64,000 nucleotides of DNA from NCBI GenBank assembly GCA_040954595.2, contig CM082593.2, positions 6,665,579 through 6,729,578 on the forward strand. Direction: 5' to 3'. The stretch's first letter is position 1; each line of letters starts with the position of its first letter. This stretch comes from Balanoglossus misakiensis. Taxonomy: Eukaryota > Animalia > Hemichordata. The notes beneath the pieces were generated by a model. The model saw only the letters and a list, made by a program, of their open reading frames with translations, had not been told where the DNA came from and ran no database searches. The translations under genes were made by a program, and so were the position numbers. Positions 38,446-51,043 of this stretch are shown here, piece after piece.

Positions 38446-39943
38446 ATGCAACTGGTATAAAATCATGAATATAAGAATGTATCTCACAAAATTGGCCAAA
38501 ATTATGAAATTTGACACTTAAGTTTCAATAATATTCATGTCTTTCAATAGATTGCCTCTTTTGACAGGTGATCACAATAAACTGACACGCTTTAAAATCC
38601 ATACAGGAATACTACCACAGTACACACTGTGCGACAAACCCTTTTACATGTCATGTCTGCTAAATGATGGTACTGCACAGGAACATAACTGATAACAGTC
38701 CCTTTCAGATTCTTTGACCTGATACCGGTAGGGGTCACTGGAAACACTAGCCACACAAAATCAAAATGGCTTCCTCCTGGTGAGTCATATCAACGCCACA
38801 TAAAATGATGACTGCGCAACCACACCATGGGACGTATTACCACAGAAACACAAACATGGAACTTTCTGGAACCATATTCGATCGAAAGGAAATGTATTTT
38901 AATGCCGCAGCGAAATGTGACATCCAAGTCTGGGACGGACATGGAATCTACATGACAAACACCAACAAACATGAGGGTCAATCATGGACGTTCACGAACG
39001 TGCAATACAGCATGTGGTAGTTGTGTTGGCAACGTTGCTTTTTCAGGTATCCCAAAAGCTCGACGTGTGACGCCTATTAATTAATTTGTTGGGGTAACTT
39101 GTACGAAAATGAAATCAGAGCATCGACAACCGCCTGAATGCGGTTCTCCCGAAACCCTGCAAATGGCGGCTGACACACGCCGGTGTCTGAGACATGACGA
39201 ACACGACTAGTCTAGTCATAACTCCCCATACACATGTTCGCGCACATGATTGATCACACTCGTTGTCGAGCAGACTTCGACACCATGCAACGACAAAACA
39301 CACCAAATCAAGACGGTTTGTTGGGTTCTTGGCATTAAATAGCACTGAGAAAGGCGAAGTCGCGTTAACACGCTGACAACTGGCGCGCTGAAGGCGCTCC
39401 TATTGTCACCATGACTGGGACCATGGGTCGCTAATAATGCAGACGTCATGAAATTCGGCGTTTCGTAGGGCTTCCATGGATTACACCAATGTCAAATTTG
39501 ACGGGACGATGCGGGGTTAGACGATTTTACAGACAACGGGAACAGCCCAAACTACCATCGGGTTCGATTTCGTTGGTACGCGACTGAAACAAACTTCACA
39601 TGTCCTTTTTGTTTGAAAGATAACAATATGCGGGAATGAATGGGGTAGCAAAAATGGCGCACTACGTTAGTCCATTTGACAAACCGAAAACGGGAAAGTA
39701 ACGGGGAAAATGGACGAAATCGCTGGAGATATCACCACAATCCTCCGTTCCAGACAACAAGAATTACTCGCGAATCCGTCGAAATAAAAACAATGGACAC
39801 TTGACGAAAAACTACGCAATCCGTGGACAATAAGAAATACAGGAAGAGAAAACCATACTCGGCGTGGTTTGGCGTTCGCCATGTCAATCAGATTCCATTT
39901 CCACGATGCACGGATCAAAATCCCAAATACTGATCATACTCAC

Positions 39944-40070
39944 CTCTTGACTGAATATAAAGCTCTTTTGAAGGTTAAAAGATTAAATTTTCATGGAATA
40001 CGCCGTGTAAATTTGGTAAATTTGGTAAAACGCGTTTGTGTTTGTCAAGATGCAGACGAGGCACATGCCA
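39944..40070 (-). other. G3BP: Probable non-coding first exon of G3BP
   Basis: GTGAGT donor (actcac at 39938-39943) in a CpG-rich region; matching acceptor at 37065-37066 just upstream of the ATG; 5' end approximate. Confidence 0.5.
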
Positions 40071-41120
40071 CTGTGCGCACAACTGGAGGTATAAAGGCTT
40101 GACTGCGCATTTAACCCTGCAACGGCAGAGTGGGAAATCCGTTTTCTAAATTACTCCCTCAGACGTCAGCAGCGCAAATCTATCGTCTCAGGCGCAACTT
40201 GCTTAGCTAGATATTATTCATCATGAATGTTTTATCAGACTTGGTGTGATTAAATATAAAAAAGCGTTTTAGCCCTAAAGATCCCCATACGTTTATATTT
40301 ATTTAGTAACATTTATTATTGTTTAATGACTTTTTCGTGGTTGCTAAAACAACCGCGAGGAAAAATGTTAAAGTTCTGAGTTTCAAGTACAGAGCGCTTG
40401 TTATACCCCACTTTCAGAACTTTAACATTTTAAGGAAAACGTTTTATAAAAACGCAGATGTGTAGGCCCAACATTAACAATAATACATTTCTTGGTGTGT
40501 GAATAGGGTGAACTTTAAAAACTTCACTTATAACTAAAATTAATCAGTTTGGAAGCAGTTTTTTTTCAAGAGTCTGTGTATTATCGTGTATGTGCAAGGA
40601 GACGACTCAGCCCACCGAATGTTTTTTGTTTCATCCGTCAGCTTTTACTACTTGAGACCGATAAAATTCAGTAGCCAACAAATTGCTTTAAATAATATGA
40701 ATATGTGTGGCAAAACATTGAGATTCTATACTGCATTCATTGATTTAAACCGTGGATTCTAGTTTGGAATGCACCCCTGGTATACTGATAACATTTTCAA
40801 TTCTCTCTATTGACATTTCTGTAACTGTATAAGTTATATTTATGTCAATCTGAATGTTGTACTAGCCTGTAACTTTATAGTGGTATATTTTCTGGTCTAA
40901 AAACTATGATTTTCTTTCAAATTGCTCAGCCTGAGAATAGGCCTAATGACTCTTATTTTGTCCGTGTCTTCTTTATTGAAAATTTCCAGGAAAGGGATAT
41001 ATTAAAATAATGCGGAACAAGCATGGATATCCATCCTGGGACTGCCAACATCGGGGACATGGCATGACATTATGATGATAGAACATCAAGAATTTACGCA
41101 AACTGCAGAATTATATGCCG

Positions 41121-41174
41121 AATGAATGATGCCATTTTCCGCGCAGAAATGAATGATGCCATTTTCCGCGCAGA
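41121..41174. repeat. Perfect 27-bp tandem duplication
   Basis: aatgaatgatgccattttccgcgcaga x2. Confidence 0.9.
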
Positions 41175-41560
41175 AAAACAACTTGAAGAGTTGTATAAAC
41201 TTAATCCGTTAGGCCTACTTCAATGAGCTTGCCATGCGAGAGAAAGTTCTTTGTGGGGAAGAGATATCGCTGACAAATTTATCATAATTTAGTTTGTACA
41301 ATAGATTATTCACGATTTTCCAAGCAGAAATATACATGGCATGTATGAGCGGGCGCCCCCATCGTTGTTGAGGCTTTGTGCGCATGCGTTTTCGTTACAA
41401 GGTTGTTGCCATAGTGTCATTGGAAGCCAGTCGGCGTTCTGCATTGCTGTCAGTCGGTCTTGAACTTTACCGCGCAGTCAGCGTAGAGTTGACACCAGTT
41501 TTAGTTTTACTTTTAACAGCGTAGTTGGAAAGCGGCAAAAGCCTCCCCGATCGTGCAAAG

Positions 41561-44500
41561 ATGAGTCAAAGTGCATATCACTGGGAAGCGAGACGAAAAC
41601 AGAGGATCATCGACCGTAAACAAGCGGCGCTTTCGAGATTACAGGAGTCGCAGGTGAGTCCAACCACAACAGCTGCCGTCTACACAGACACCGCGCATGT
41701 TTTATCAGTTAACAAGTCTGTCATGTCTGTCAATAAACGCAACATTGGGCGATCGTTCGTTTACAACAATTCAATGACAAGTCTGGGACATTTTTCTTCT
41801 AATTATACACAAAAAGATCAATTTTTTAGTCGATGAAACTGACTCGCGCACTGCAAGGCAGATAATTGTCATGTCAAATTTTAACAATTAATGGTAAATT
41901 GGTCACGCTCTTAATCGGTCGATAGTTACTATGGCAACCCCTCCAATTAGATGTTTAATTGTCATTTTCGTTACAGTTGACTTCCAATCACCTTTCAATT
42001 ACTTTTCGCTCCCTCCCTCTCAACCATAATTTGGAAAGCACGCACTTGTCTTTGTTTGGGTCACTGTATGGGGTGTATCAACCTGTTACAAATGTACAGT
42101 TATCCACTGTCAAGTAACAGAACTCCCTTTCTGAATAATAAAGCACGCCGTATTATTCACTCAACGTCAAAGGGGAGTTTGATCATTTGCGTTTTGTATT
42201 GTCACCATACAAGACTTCTGTCAGAGTCAATATAAAAAGCGCAAAGTGGACTTTGAAAATGTTGTCAATACAGTAGCAACTTAACAACCAAGTTATGAAA
42301 GTGACTGAATTCCATTCTTGCAAGTCTGGGCCCACAAAGTAAACATGACAAGATTTAAATCGTACTTATGGGTTTAAGATTATTAAGGCTGAACAGAAAA
42401 AAATAAGCTTGCATGCTTTTTCATATATGTGTATAGGCAAATTGTCAACTCCAGGAGCCACATTTATGTAACCCTTTCACCCCCAGTTACCTCTATAGAG
42501 GTCCAACTTTACCATAGAAAACAATAGATTTGGACCAAACCATGGTGGTGAAAGGGTAGCTTTTGAATCTGACACCTGTTGATTCTACTAATGAATGTAT
42601 CTGTCTCTGTTTCTGTCTATCTGACACGATTTTTTCCTCGCTTGACACGTCAAGTAGTTGAACTCACACTTGCTGTTATCAAATTAACACCCCTCACCAT
42701 ACAATCAAAATTGATCAATTTATCAATGGTACATTGAAAACCAGCCAAGCATATCAGATATTCGAATGAATTGAATTCCTGCCCAATAATACCCGACTTA
42801 TTCCGCTGAAAGGAGGGGAAATAAATACATTCAATGATATTGATCGAAAAGGGAAATATACAAAAGGGATATAAATCCACCAGAGAAATGAACAACGGAA
42901 ATGAGAATCCTGATCAAATATTTGTTCATTTCACTCTGGCATTGTGGATAGGTGGTGACCTTGTCTGGTTATAGTCAAGCTATTCAAATTTATGTTATGA
43001 CTTTTTCTGGAGTCTGTCATTGATTTTGATGGATCTCGTTTCATTTTCTATCATCATGAAATGTAAACTAGGATAAAGTAGCAGTTAGGAAATTCTGCCG
43101 TAGGGCGTAAACAAAGTGTCCAAGTTAACAAATTAAACAAAGAAAATGTTATTCACAAAAAGACAAAATTCATAACCACAGATGACCACAATTACTAATG
43201 TTGTGTACACTGTACTTGGCACACTGAACATCACAGTGGGACTGTTATGGGACTGCCTGAACCCACTTCTAGCAGGCCACCACCACCCAGACACCAAGAT
43301 ACACCACAACTGTCTGTTGCCCTGTTTAACAATCTCTCCCTGGGGAAGCTCAAAGCACAATCCAGCAAGAGACAAAAAAGTGTGCTAATGTATTCAACTC
43401 AGGCAACAAAATAGAATCAACAGTCTTATGTACTACAGTTTTTAATGTCAATATTTGCAAAGGAGTAGAATTGACCACTGATAAGTACTTGACAGTTAAC
43501 ATTTATCACACTCAGTGATACATATAATCCGCTTTTACCGTTGCTGAGATAATAATGTTTCTAATAATGTTTCTTGAGAATGAGGATTAGTGTTTGCATT
43601 TCTATACATTCTATGGGGGGGAGATAAATGTCTTTCAGTGGTAATTCACCACCCCAGTTTCCTGTCCACAGAAAAAAATCAATGTGTCTGTCATCACAAG
43701 GAAAAAAAAAACAAGTTGGCCATCATGATGAGGGCAACAGCAAAATTTCTCGTTGTTGTGGATATTCTGTTTTGATGTGTTCCCTTGTGTGCTGATTGTC
43801 TGATAAGACGCTGTGTATTATGTAACAAGGACAACTCACTCTGTACAGCGATTTGCATGAATTTATGTGGAAGTGAACCACACCCGAAGTTTTTGCTTTT
43901 AATTGAAATTGGAAAACTTGTTTTGTGCTATCTCCCTACTTTTATTAAAGCCCCTGTAGCTGCCAAATTGCACATATTTTTTCCACAGTAAAATAATTCA
44001 AATATATTTCCTATCCTTTAAAATCCCCACCATTGAGCCATATTACTTGCATTTGCATCAGTTTGTCATCTCTTGGCGACGCATACCACGATAGCTGTTT
44101 GCATGGAGGCTGATTAAATCGGTGCGACACCGTTTTAATACATTGGCTCTTTAATGAATCCGGAATTTGTTTTTCCTTGTGTTCCAGGCTCTGGAAGAGG
44201 CACGGATTGCCGAAGACGCTGCCAGGAGAGAACGGGAACGCCGGGAACAGGAAGAAGCCCGAAGGAAGGAACTCCAAGAACATCTCCGAACCCGCAACAA
44301 GGGTGATTTGAAAAAATCCTCCACGGATAGGGAAAGGTAGCATAGCTTTATCATAGTTTGGCCAGCATACACACATGTCAAAAATGAAACTCTTTCACCC
44401 CAACCTCAACATTGAGGACATTAGGAATGAAAGAAAAAATATTATGCTTTCCTTTGCTTGCACATCAACATATACACATTTCCTTGCAAAAAAAATAATT

Positions 44501-46531
44501 TTGTTAATTAATTGTGTAAATGCTTTTTAATCCCTATTAGAGCACATGTCTAATCATAATCATAATGATAATAGCACTTCTATATAAACCGCCTTTTTTC
44601 TCCCAGTTGTCTATACAGTATACCCATTTTATCATAGTCCCTTGTATTACCCTATTCAACACAACCATATCACTCTCCTGTGTTGGGTTTATTTTGAGAA
44701 CCACTGGAAAATTTGCACATATTTAATTATGAGAAAATATTTCTTATAACAATCTATTTCTTCTTAAAACAGTCATTCTGATTATAAACAAAATTTGATG
44801 CAAAGAATTAACCTTTCCATCTGTAGTATGTTGCCCACTTGTTCTATTAACAATCTACTGTAAATTTTAACTGTATCTTAATACTTGTCAAGACCAGATC
44901 CACTTTTTTCCGTCGGTTTTATTTTAGTTCGCCCTGTTCATACAGAAAGTCATATATCAATAAAAAAATATTCATTCAATTTGAAGACCCAATAATAAGA
45001 TTAAAATCCTTATAATAAAAACTTTGAAACAGTTGTATATAAAAAGTAAACAGTTCTCAACTTCTGTAGAATACATCTCTCAAACTTGCCTCAAAAAATC
45101 AAACTATAATAAGAGATGCAATCTGTAAAAAATAAGCAATTTTCAGACTGTGCAGACTATCCCATTTGAGAACTAAATGAAAATGAATATTTGAGTGAAA
45201 TTCCTGTTTTGTACCAACACAAATTCCTACCCTGTCATCATCATTACATTTACATCAGTCATGCTGTCCATCCGGCTTTCTGTCTGTTTTATATCGTTCT
45301 CCAGGAAAAAGCTAGACGGCGTCCATTTTTATCAGCAGGGTCATAGAACTCGCAAGATCAAATTGTAGATGCAGCCTGCTCAACTCGGCCAGCTTTAGGC
45401 AAGAACCAAGACTTGGCAATTCTAGAGGTCGACAGACAAAAGCCAAACAAAACAAATATACTTTTGTTGAAATGAAAGTTATCATGGTTTTTAATTTTAA
45501 GATAACAATGTCACTTTTGTGAAATTCAGCTGCTTATGAGCGAAAACGGCATTTTTGTAGGATTTCTCGGAATTCCCAGGAAATAAAATTTTATCTCAAA
45601 AACAGAGGAGCTCCTTTACAGATTGTACTTTCACAGAATTAAACCGCTGTACCGCATTTATAGTAACATTCATCAAAGTGTAGCTGATATGTAGATTTTG
45701 TGTCTTCCTCTAGTAGTTCTTTTGCTGTAGCTCTTCCAGGTCCGTTTGCCCTTTTTTATCCCGAGTCAGATCTCCGGTTACACCGGAGATATTCCCACCT
45801 GACATGGTGTTCTTGTTTCCCTTTCCATGGCCGACTTTTTCTCAGGAAAAGAGCAGAGCGCCTGATGCAGGAACATGCCTGGGGCGACGAACGCGTCGGC
45901 CAAATGAGCAAAGCGGAACAGAACGAATTACTGCAGGACGTGCTGCGCGACCACCGTGCCAAGAACAAGTCGTTGCGAGACCACGGCGTGTTCAGAGGAC
46001 AACACAACTATGCCAAATCCCTTAAAATGTCACAATATTGAACCGAAGTTGTTTCTCAAAATCGGATACAAAATAGCCAAACGCACTGCTACGCACAGAA
46101 GTGTTGGACAACTGGATTCAAATTTTGTTTCAAAATTTAAGTTTCGATTTCTTTAAGACCCCCATATTGTTTTCTAATTCTAGCAACTCAGATTTTATGC
46201 GTGAAGTCTTTAGAAATTCTGACAATCTTTGCGGTATTTTCTTGTGCGTTTTAAGGGATTCTGGTCGTGTCTGGTGTGCATAAAATCTGTTTCCTAATCC
46301 GAGCCCAAGGAATACATCTTCTTATCTTTTCGCTGATCTTCCAGGGAGATCGAACGCTTGCTGAGGGAACGCACCTGGCACAATGAAATCATTAAGAGAA
46401 TGGAAGAAGAAGACAACGGCCGAGTCCAAAACCTTCTCCTCAAGGATCACAATCAGAAAGAGAAGGTCTTGCGGGATCACGGGCTCTATCGCGGACACCC
46501 TGTCTATTGCATTGATGACCAATATGCCTGA
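41561..46531 (+). CDS. Small coiled-coil protein with CCDC200-like N-terminus and alternative terminal exons
   Basis: Exon 1 41561-41653 (MSQSAYHWEARRKQRIIDRKQAALSRLQESQ), which resembles the SAYHWEARRRQ start of human CCDC200 as recalled. Exon 2 44188-44336 (E/R-rich helix, phase-2 donor). Then phase-2 terminal exons 45305-45368, 45846-46041 or 46345-46531. Confidence 0.75.
42472..42556. mobile_element. ~85-bp micro-MITE copy
   Basis: ccctttcacccccagt...ggtggtgaaaggg. Confidence 0.75.
45846..46041 (+). CDS. Alternative terminal exon B of the CCDC200-like gene
   Basis: tttttctcag acceptor; reads KRAERLMQEHAWGDE...LRDHGVFRGQHNY...SQY* in phase 2. Confidence 0.75.
46345..46531 (+). CDS. Alternative terminal exon C of the CCDC200-like gene (paralogue of B)
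   Basis: atcttccag acceptor; reads EIERLLRERTWHNE...LRDHGLYRGHPVYCIDDQYA* in phase 2; this frame is not in the ORF track. Confidence 0.75.
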
Positions 46532-48138
46532 ACAGAAAACAAACAAACATCTGCCAATGTTTCCATGAAAAGACAACAGCAATGCCTCAAATTTTAAATT
46601 TCATAAACAAAATCAAGAATCGTGCCAAGTAGCCTGTTTGTTCCCCAGTTTGGTTTGGTATGTTCTGTTTGATGTTGCGACTCAAAGGAACATACCAAAT
46701 TATACATGGATTCTGGGGGTGATAGGGTCTACTTTTGAATCAAATAGTGTGATGCCATGCCACTTCGATGTGTGCCAATCCCATTCATATAAAAACACTG
46801 CAATGTAGGACTTCTTCATGGAAACTTTGGCAAGCTTAAAAGGCCCTTTCTACTACCGGTACATGATTCTACAAAGAACACAGTTGTTTCGCACCATTGT
46901 ATGAATAAGACTCCCTGAGTGAAGTGAAAATAGCACCAGTCGTATTTTGATGTGTGTTGATGTTTAGCAAGCATATATATAGGCCACCTGTCACAATTGT
47001 ACATGTCAATCTTCGGTGGATAGTTCATTCACATACAAACTGATGCCAAATCAACATTGATGGTTTCACAAGTCAAATATCACAGACATTTTTAAAAATT
47101 TGAAAAGTTGAAAAGTTCTTTGAAAATTGTTTAGCTTTGGAACACTTTTCTTGTGGAATGTTTTATTTTGGAAAAGACTATTTACAACTCTTTAAGTTCA
47201 ATATTTTGTTAGGGTTTTTGGTTTGAAGAGTTGAGTGAAACTTTGAAATTGTCTTGTTTTTTAGCACACAGAGTGATCATAAAATATACAATACTGAATC
47301 AAGACACATAATGCATCTGTTATCTAGTTCCCATTCAATCTGGAACAATATTATGAAAATATTATTGATTAAGGATTTACTGAGTGGAATTTGTGGCACT
47401 TTGTGTGTATTGAAGAGTATTAAGATATATCTTGTATTTTGAACTATTTCACCCCCATTTCTGTGTGTATGGATGCAACCAGGCTATTGGAATCAGAGAG
47501 ATCAAACCAAATGGAGGTCGTTTAAGGGTAGAGTGCATTGCTTTGAGAATGGTGTAGAAGTGTATTTACAGTAAGTTGAGCCTTGTAAATTCCAGTGTTC
47601 ATATCTTTTGTGGTATGTCATTGTTTGGAGAGAGAAAAACACGAAAAAATCTGAAATTATCTTTTTCCCAGTAGTTAAACAAATCATTGATGTGAGGGAA
47701 ATTATCAGACCATTCAATTATGCTATATAGTGATTGTGAGCTTGGCTTTCTGATCAAGTTTTCCCCCTTTGTGTGAAATTGTATTTTCGTTTGTCCCTGC
47801 AAGAATGGCATACATAATTTCCTGACATTGACAAGGATACAGGTGTACCAGCTTTTGAAACTTGAAACAAACACCAAAGTGTATGTTATATGTCACTGCC
47901 TATAGATTATTCTATGAAAGTGTGTACCATGTCACATGCTCATTACATCCGTCCAGAAACAGTCTTGATGCAAGTATTATAATCCCCTCTCTTTGTATTT
48001 TTGACAGTATTATACCTTTCCTGTAAAGTTCATTCCGTCCATGTTCTCGTGATAAGGAGATTTGAGATTTGAAAGGTAATGGCTCACCTTTTGTGGGTTT
48101 AGGATTTTTCCGAAAAACTAGTCGCTGAATTCGCCTTG

Positions 48139-48152
48139 GCGCCCTCTAGTGG
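48139..48152. promoter_or_regulatory. CTCF-like motif between the CCDC200-like gene and CDKL
   Basis: gcgccctctagtgg matches the CTCF core consensus; a second partial match lies at 48694. Confidence 0.4.
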
Positions 48153-50699
48153 TACGATAGTTGGACAACGTTAGGATTCGAGTGGGCTGTATCGTTTAAT
48201 TTCTTTAGATTTGGGGTTTTTTCTTGGTTTTCATGTATAAGAGTGCTGTGCTATTGTAATGGCTTTAACTCAAATATTTTGTCATTGTTTATGCCAAATA
48301 AAATGGATTGTGAAAATACATAATTGTTGTCAAGAACTTCAAGAATGAATGTGTGTGAGAACCCAGTCTTTATGTCTATGTCTGAGATATACATGTACCA
48401 GCCTACAAAATATTCATGACTTTTAACATTAAAAAGCCTTTACACAACAAAAACAGACAAATTTCCAAGTGAATCCAACAAGATAATCTAGCAGATTGGA
48501 TGCATCAAGCGTGGGAGTATATCTGCCCCAATATCATTTTATTGTAAATATTACATGAATCTGATAAATGTTGAGCTTATCCAGTCAACCAGCCTGTGGG
48601 ACCGAGTTTGCTGCCCGGGGTTACTGCCATTTGACTATTACTCTGTAAACGAAAGAACCGGCCGGGTCCTTTGGGACCATATTTGTTAAGGCTAGCGCCC
48701 TCTATAGTATTTCGTATGAACAGCCGTTTGCCACCTGTACCTTAGACAATTTATCTAAGTTACAATATCACGTGGAATAAAAGAAAAGAAAACATGTACG
48801 TCATGAAACATCTTGTAATAAGGACAAATTTCTTTAATATTGCAAAACAGCTAGACCTTGAAAGACACATTTCCTAAAAGACCAAAGTGGGAAAGAATGG
48901 TTCAAGTTAGTTCGGAAGATCATTTTTTCTGAAAATCTGTTCCCGATGAGTTAAGCTATACCGTTTGTATACTACCACTTGTATAGCGCTAAATGGCATA
49001 GATAATTTAAAAACCGATACCCTGGAAAGATATACACCATTACTACTGACAACAACCGTTGTCATGGGATTCAATAACTTTTACAAAATGTTTCTGCCAG
49101 TGGTTTTCAACAGTGCAATGTTTCCCAACACGGAAAAGTTGAAACGATATATAATTTGAGTCGAAATAGTCATTGATAAGCATAAGTTTTATCGACCGTG
49201 CTGTTCTTTAATTATCTTAAGAAAGTTGGCTGTGTCCCCATTCCGCGCAGCCCAATTGATTTTAGTTGCGTCCACCAATTTTATTAACTTTATAGTATTA
49301 AAAACCTACCCATTTAATTCATTTTATACGTAACTGTCCGTTATTTGTTGACACGTTTTTTTTTTTAAATCAAGTTGTGTTATTTCTCTTTTCTTGACTG
49401 TTGTCACTTTTAATGTTTACTTTATTGTAAAGCGCATTGAGATAATTTCTTATATGTTATTCGCTATATAAGAAATACAAAGCATGATTTTGATTAAGTT
49501 CCGCTTGGGCCAAAAGGATCGAAGAAGATACAAAAAAGCCGATCTTTAAGTGAATTTCGCCCCTTTTGAAAACCAGGAATAAAGAAAGCGTGTGAGATAA
49601 CGCATACTAATAAAATACTAATAAAACCCCGCGTTTTATTGAAATTAATGACTAGAAATAAGACCTTCAAAATTCTGAATGATGAATTAGGCTTACTGTA
49701 ATATCAACGGAAGAATTTAGGCTCTAAACCGAACATAAATTGCTCAAAATGACCAAGCCTGAGACAGACGGAGGGCAGAAATGTTTTACAAGTGTAGAAT
49801 TGCCTGTAAAAGTAAAGTTTACTCATTGTCAGCACATTTCAAGTACTTGGTTTCATGTTCCAAAGATCTTGGGGATTTTATAAAAGCGATATACCTGACC
49901 CCGCTGAGATGCGCTGCTATGCGATTTATGCATGTAGTTGCACGGAAGTCCGGTTCACACGGAAATAATGTTCCCTCATCGTTTTTTTTCCCCAGCAAAA
50001 AATAAACACTCTACGAATTACAGGTTTCTCCTGAATTGGATAATGTACTTTCATTTTAGAGACTGCAGGTTAAACGAAAAGTATATAGTGTCATGCTGTC
50101 TGAACTACAAGAATAGATTGGAGAGTCCCATACCAGTCGAGCACCGGCCGCTCAAGCCAAACTGTAAACATCAACGTTCTACGTTATGACAGACGCGATT
50201 ACCCCCGCTGCTAAAAATTATCTGGTTTGCAGATTTATCTATGTTTACAGAAAGTTAAGCGAACATTCATATATCTTTAGTATTATATTGAATTCTAATT
50301 ATTATTAATGGCATGTTATCGTCAGCTTTGTCTGTCTTGATCTTCAGGAGGTGAAATACACGCGGATCATAATTATTTATATTTCGGGGGTGACAACAAT
50401 AGATTACACGGCACTATTGATGTTAGTTTCCTATGGATACAACACGTCATGTGTAATGTATGCAAAGGAACCAGCACAGTTTTCAAGTGTACAAAGCGAC
50501 CATTGCCGTAGACTTCTGTTCGAGTATTCCGCTGGGTTTGTGTGCAAAATATTACTTCAGTGTTGTTATATACGGGTATTCGGCACCAAGGGAATGTAAG
50601 TGGACTTCTGCAAGGCGGATATTTTGAGGCAGATCGCGCAAATCTTGCCGAATGAGTTGGCGTACACTTCTGCAGGACTGAACCTAAAAACTGTCGTCT

Positions 50700-51043
50700 G
50701 TCGCGTCGTCAGCAGCTAGTACGTGTGGGAGACATAGGTTGAAGATTTTTACGACTGTACGTGTATCAAGGCTGACGTTTTGATTTGTGGCACGAGGAAG
50801 ACATCAAACGGTAGTCGTTTATGACTGAAAAGCCAGGCGACACACCACAAGTTTTAGAAAAAAACGCAAGTCGCGTGGGTTGTGCAAGCGTATCTGTTTT
50901 GTAATACACCGGCCAAAAATTATCGACAGGAGACGACGGACTCCACGCCAGAAGAGATTTTCGCCGGAAAGTTACTCAACATGCTAATTCATATACCGAT
51001 TTCTATTAAGACGACGAAAAGAAATTAACAAATGCAATGTCGG
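50700..51043 (+). other. Probable upstream exon of CDKL (mostly 5'UTR; may add MSGSKKGI to the N-terminus)
   Basis: CpG-rich segment ending in cgg|GTGAGT at 51043/51044; acceptor ttttcag at 53674; 5' end approximate. Confidence 0.5.

Noticed and set aside
45804-46025. Second open frame over terminal exon B (possible dual coding)
   Set aside because: Paralogy with exon C is visible only in the KRAERLM frame; the other frame is probably open by chance in GC-rich sequence.
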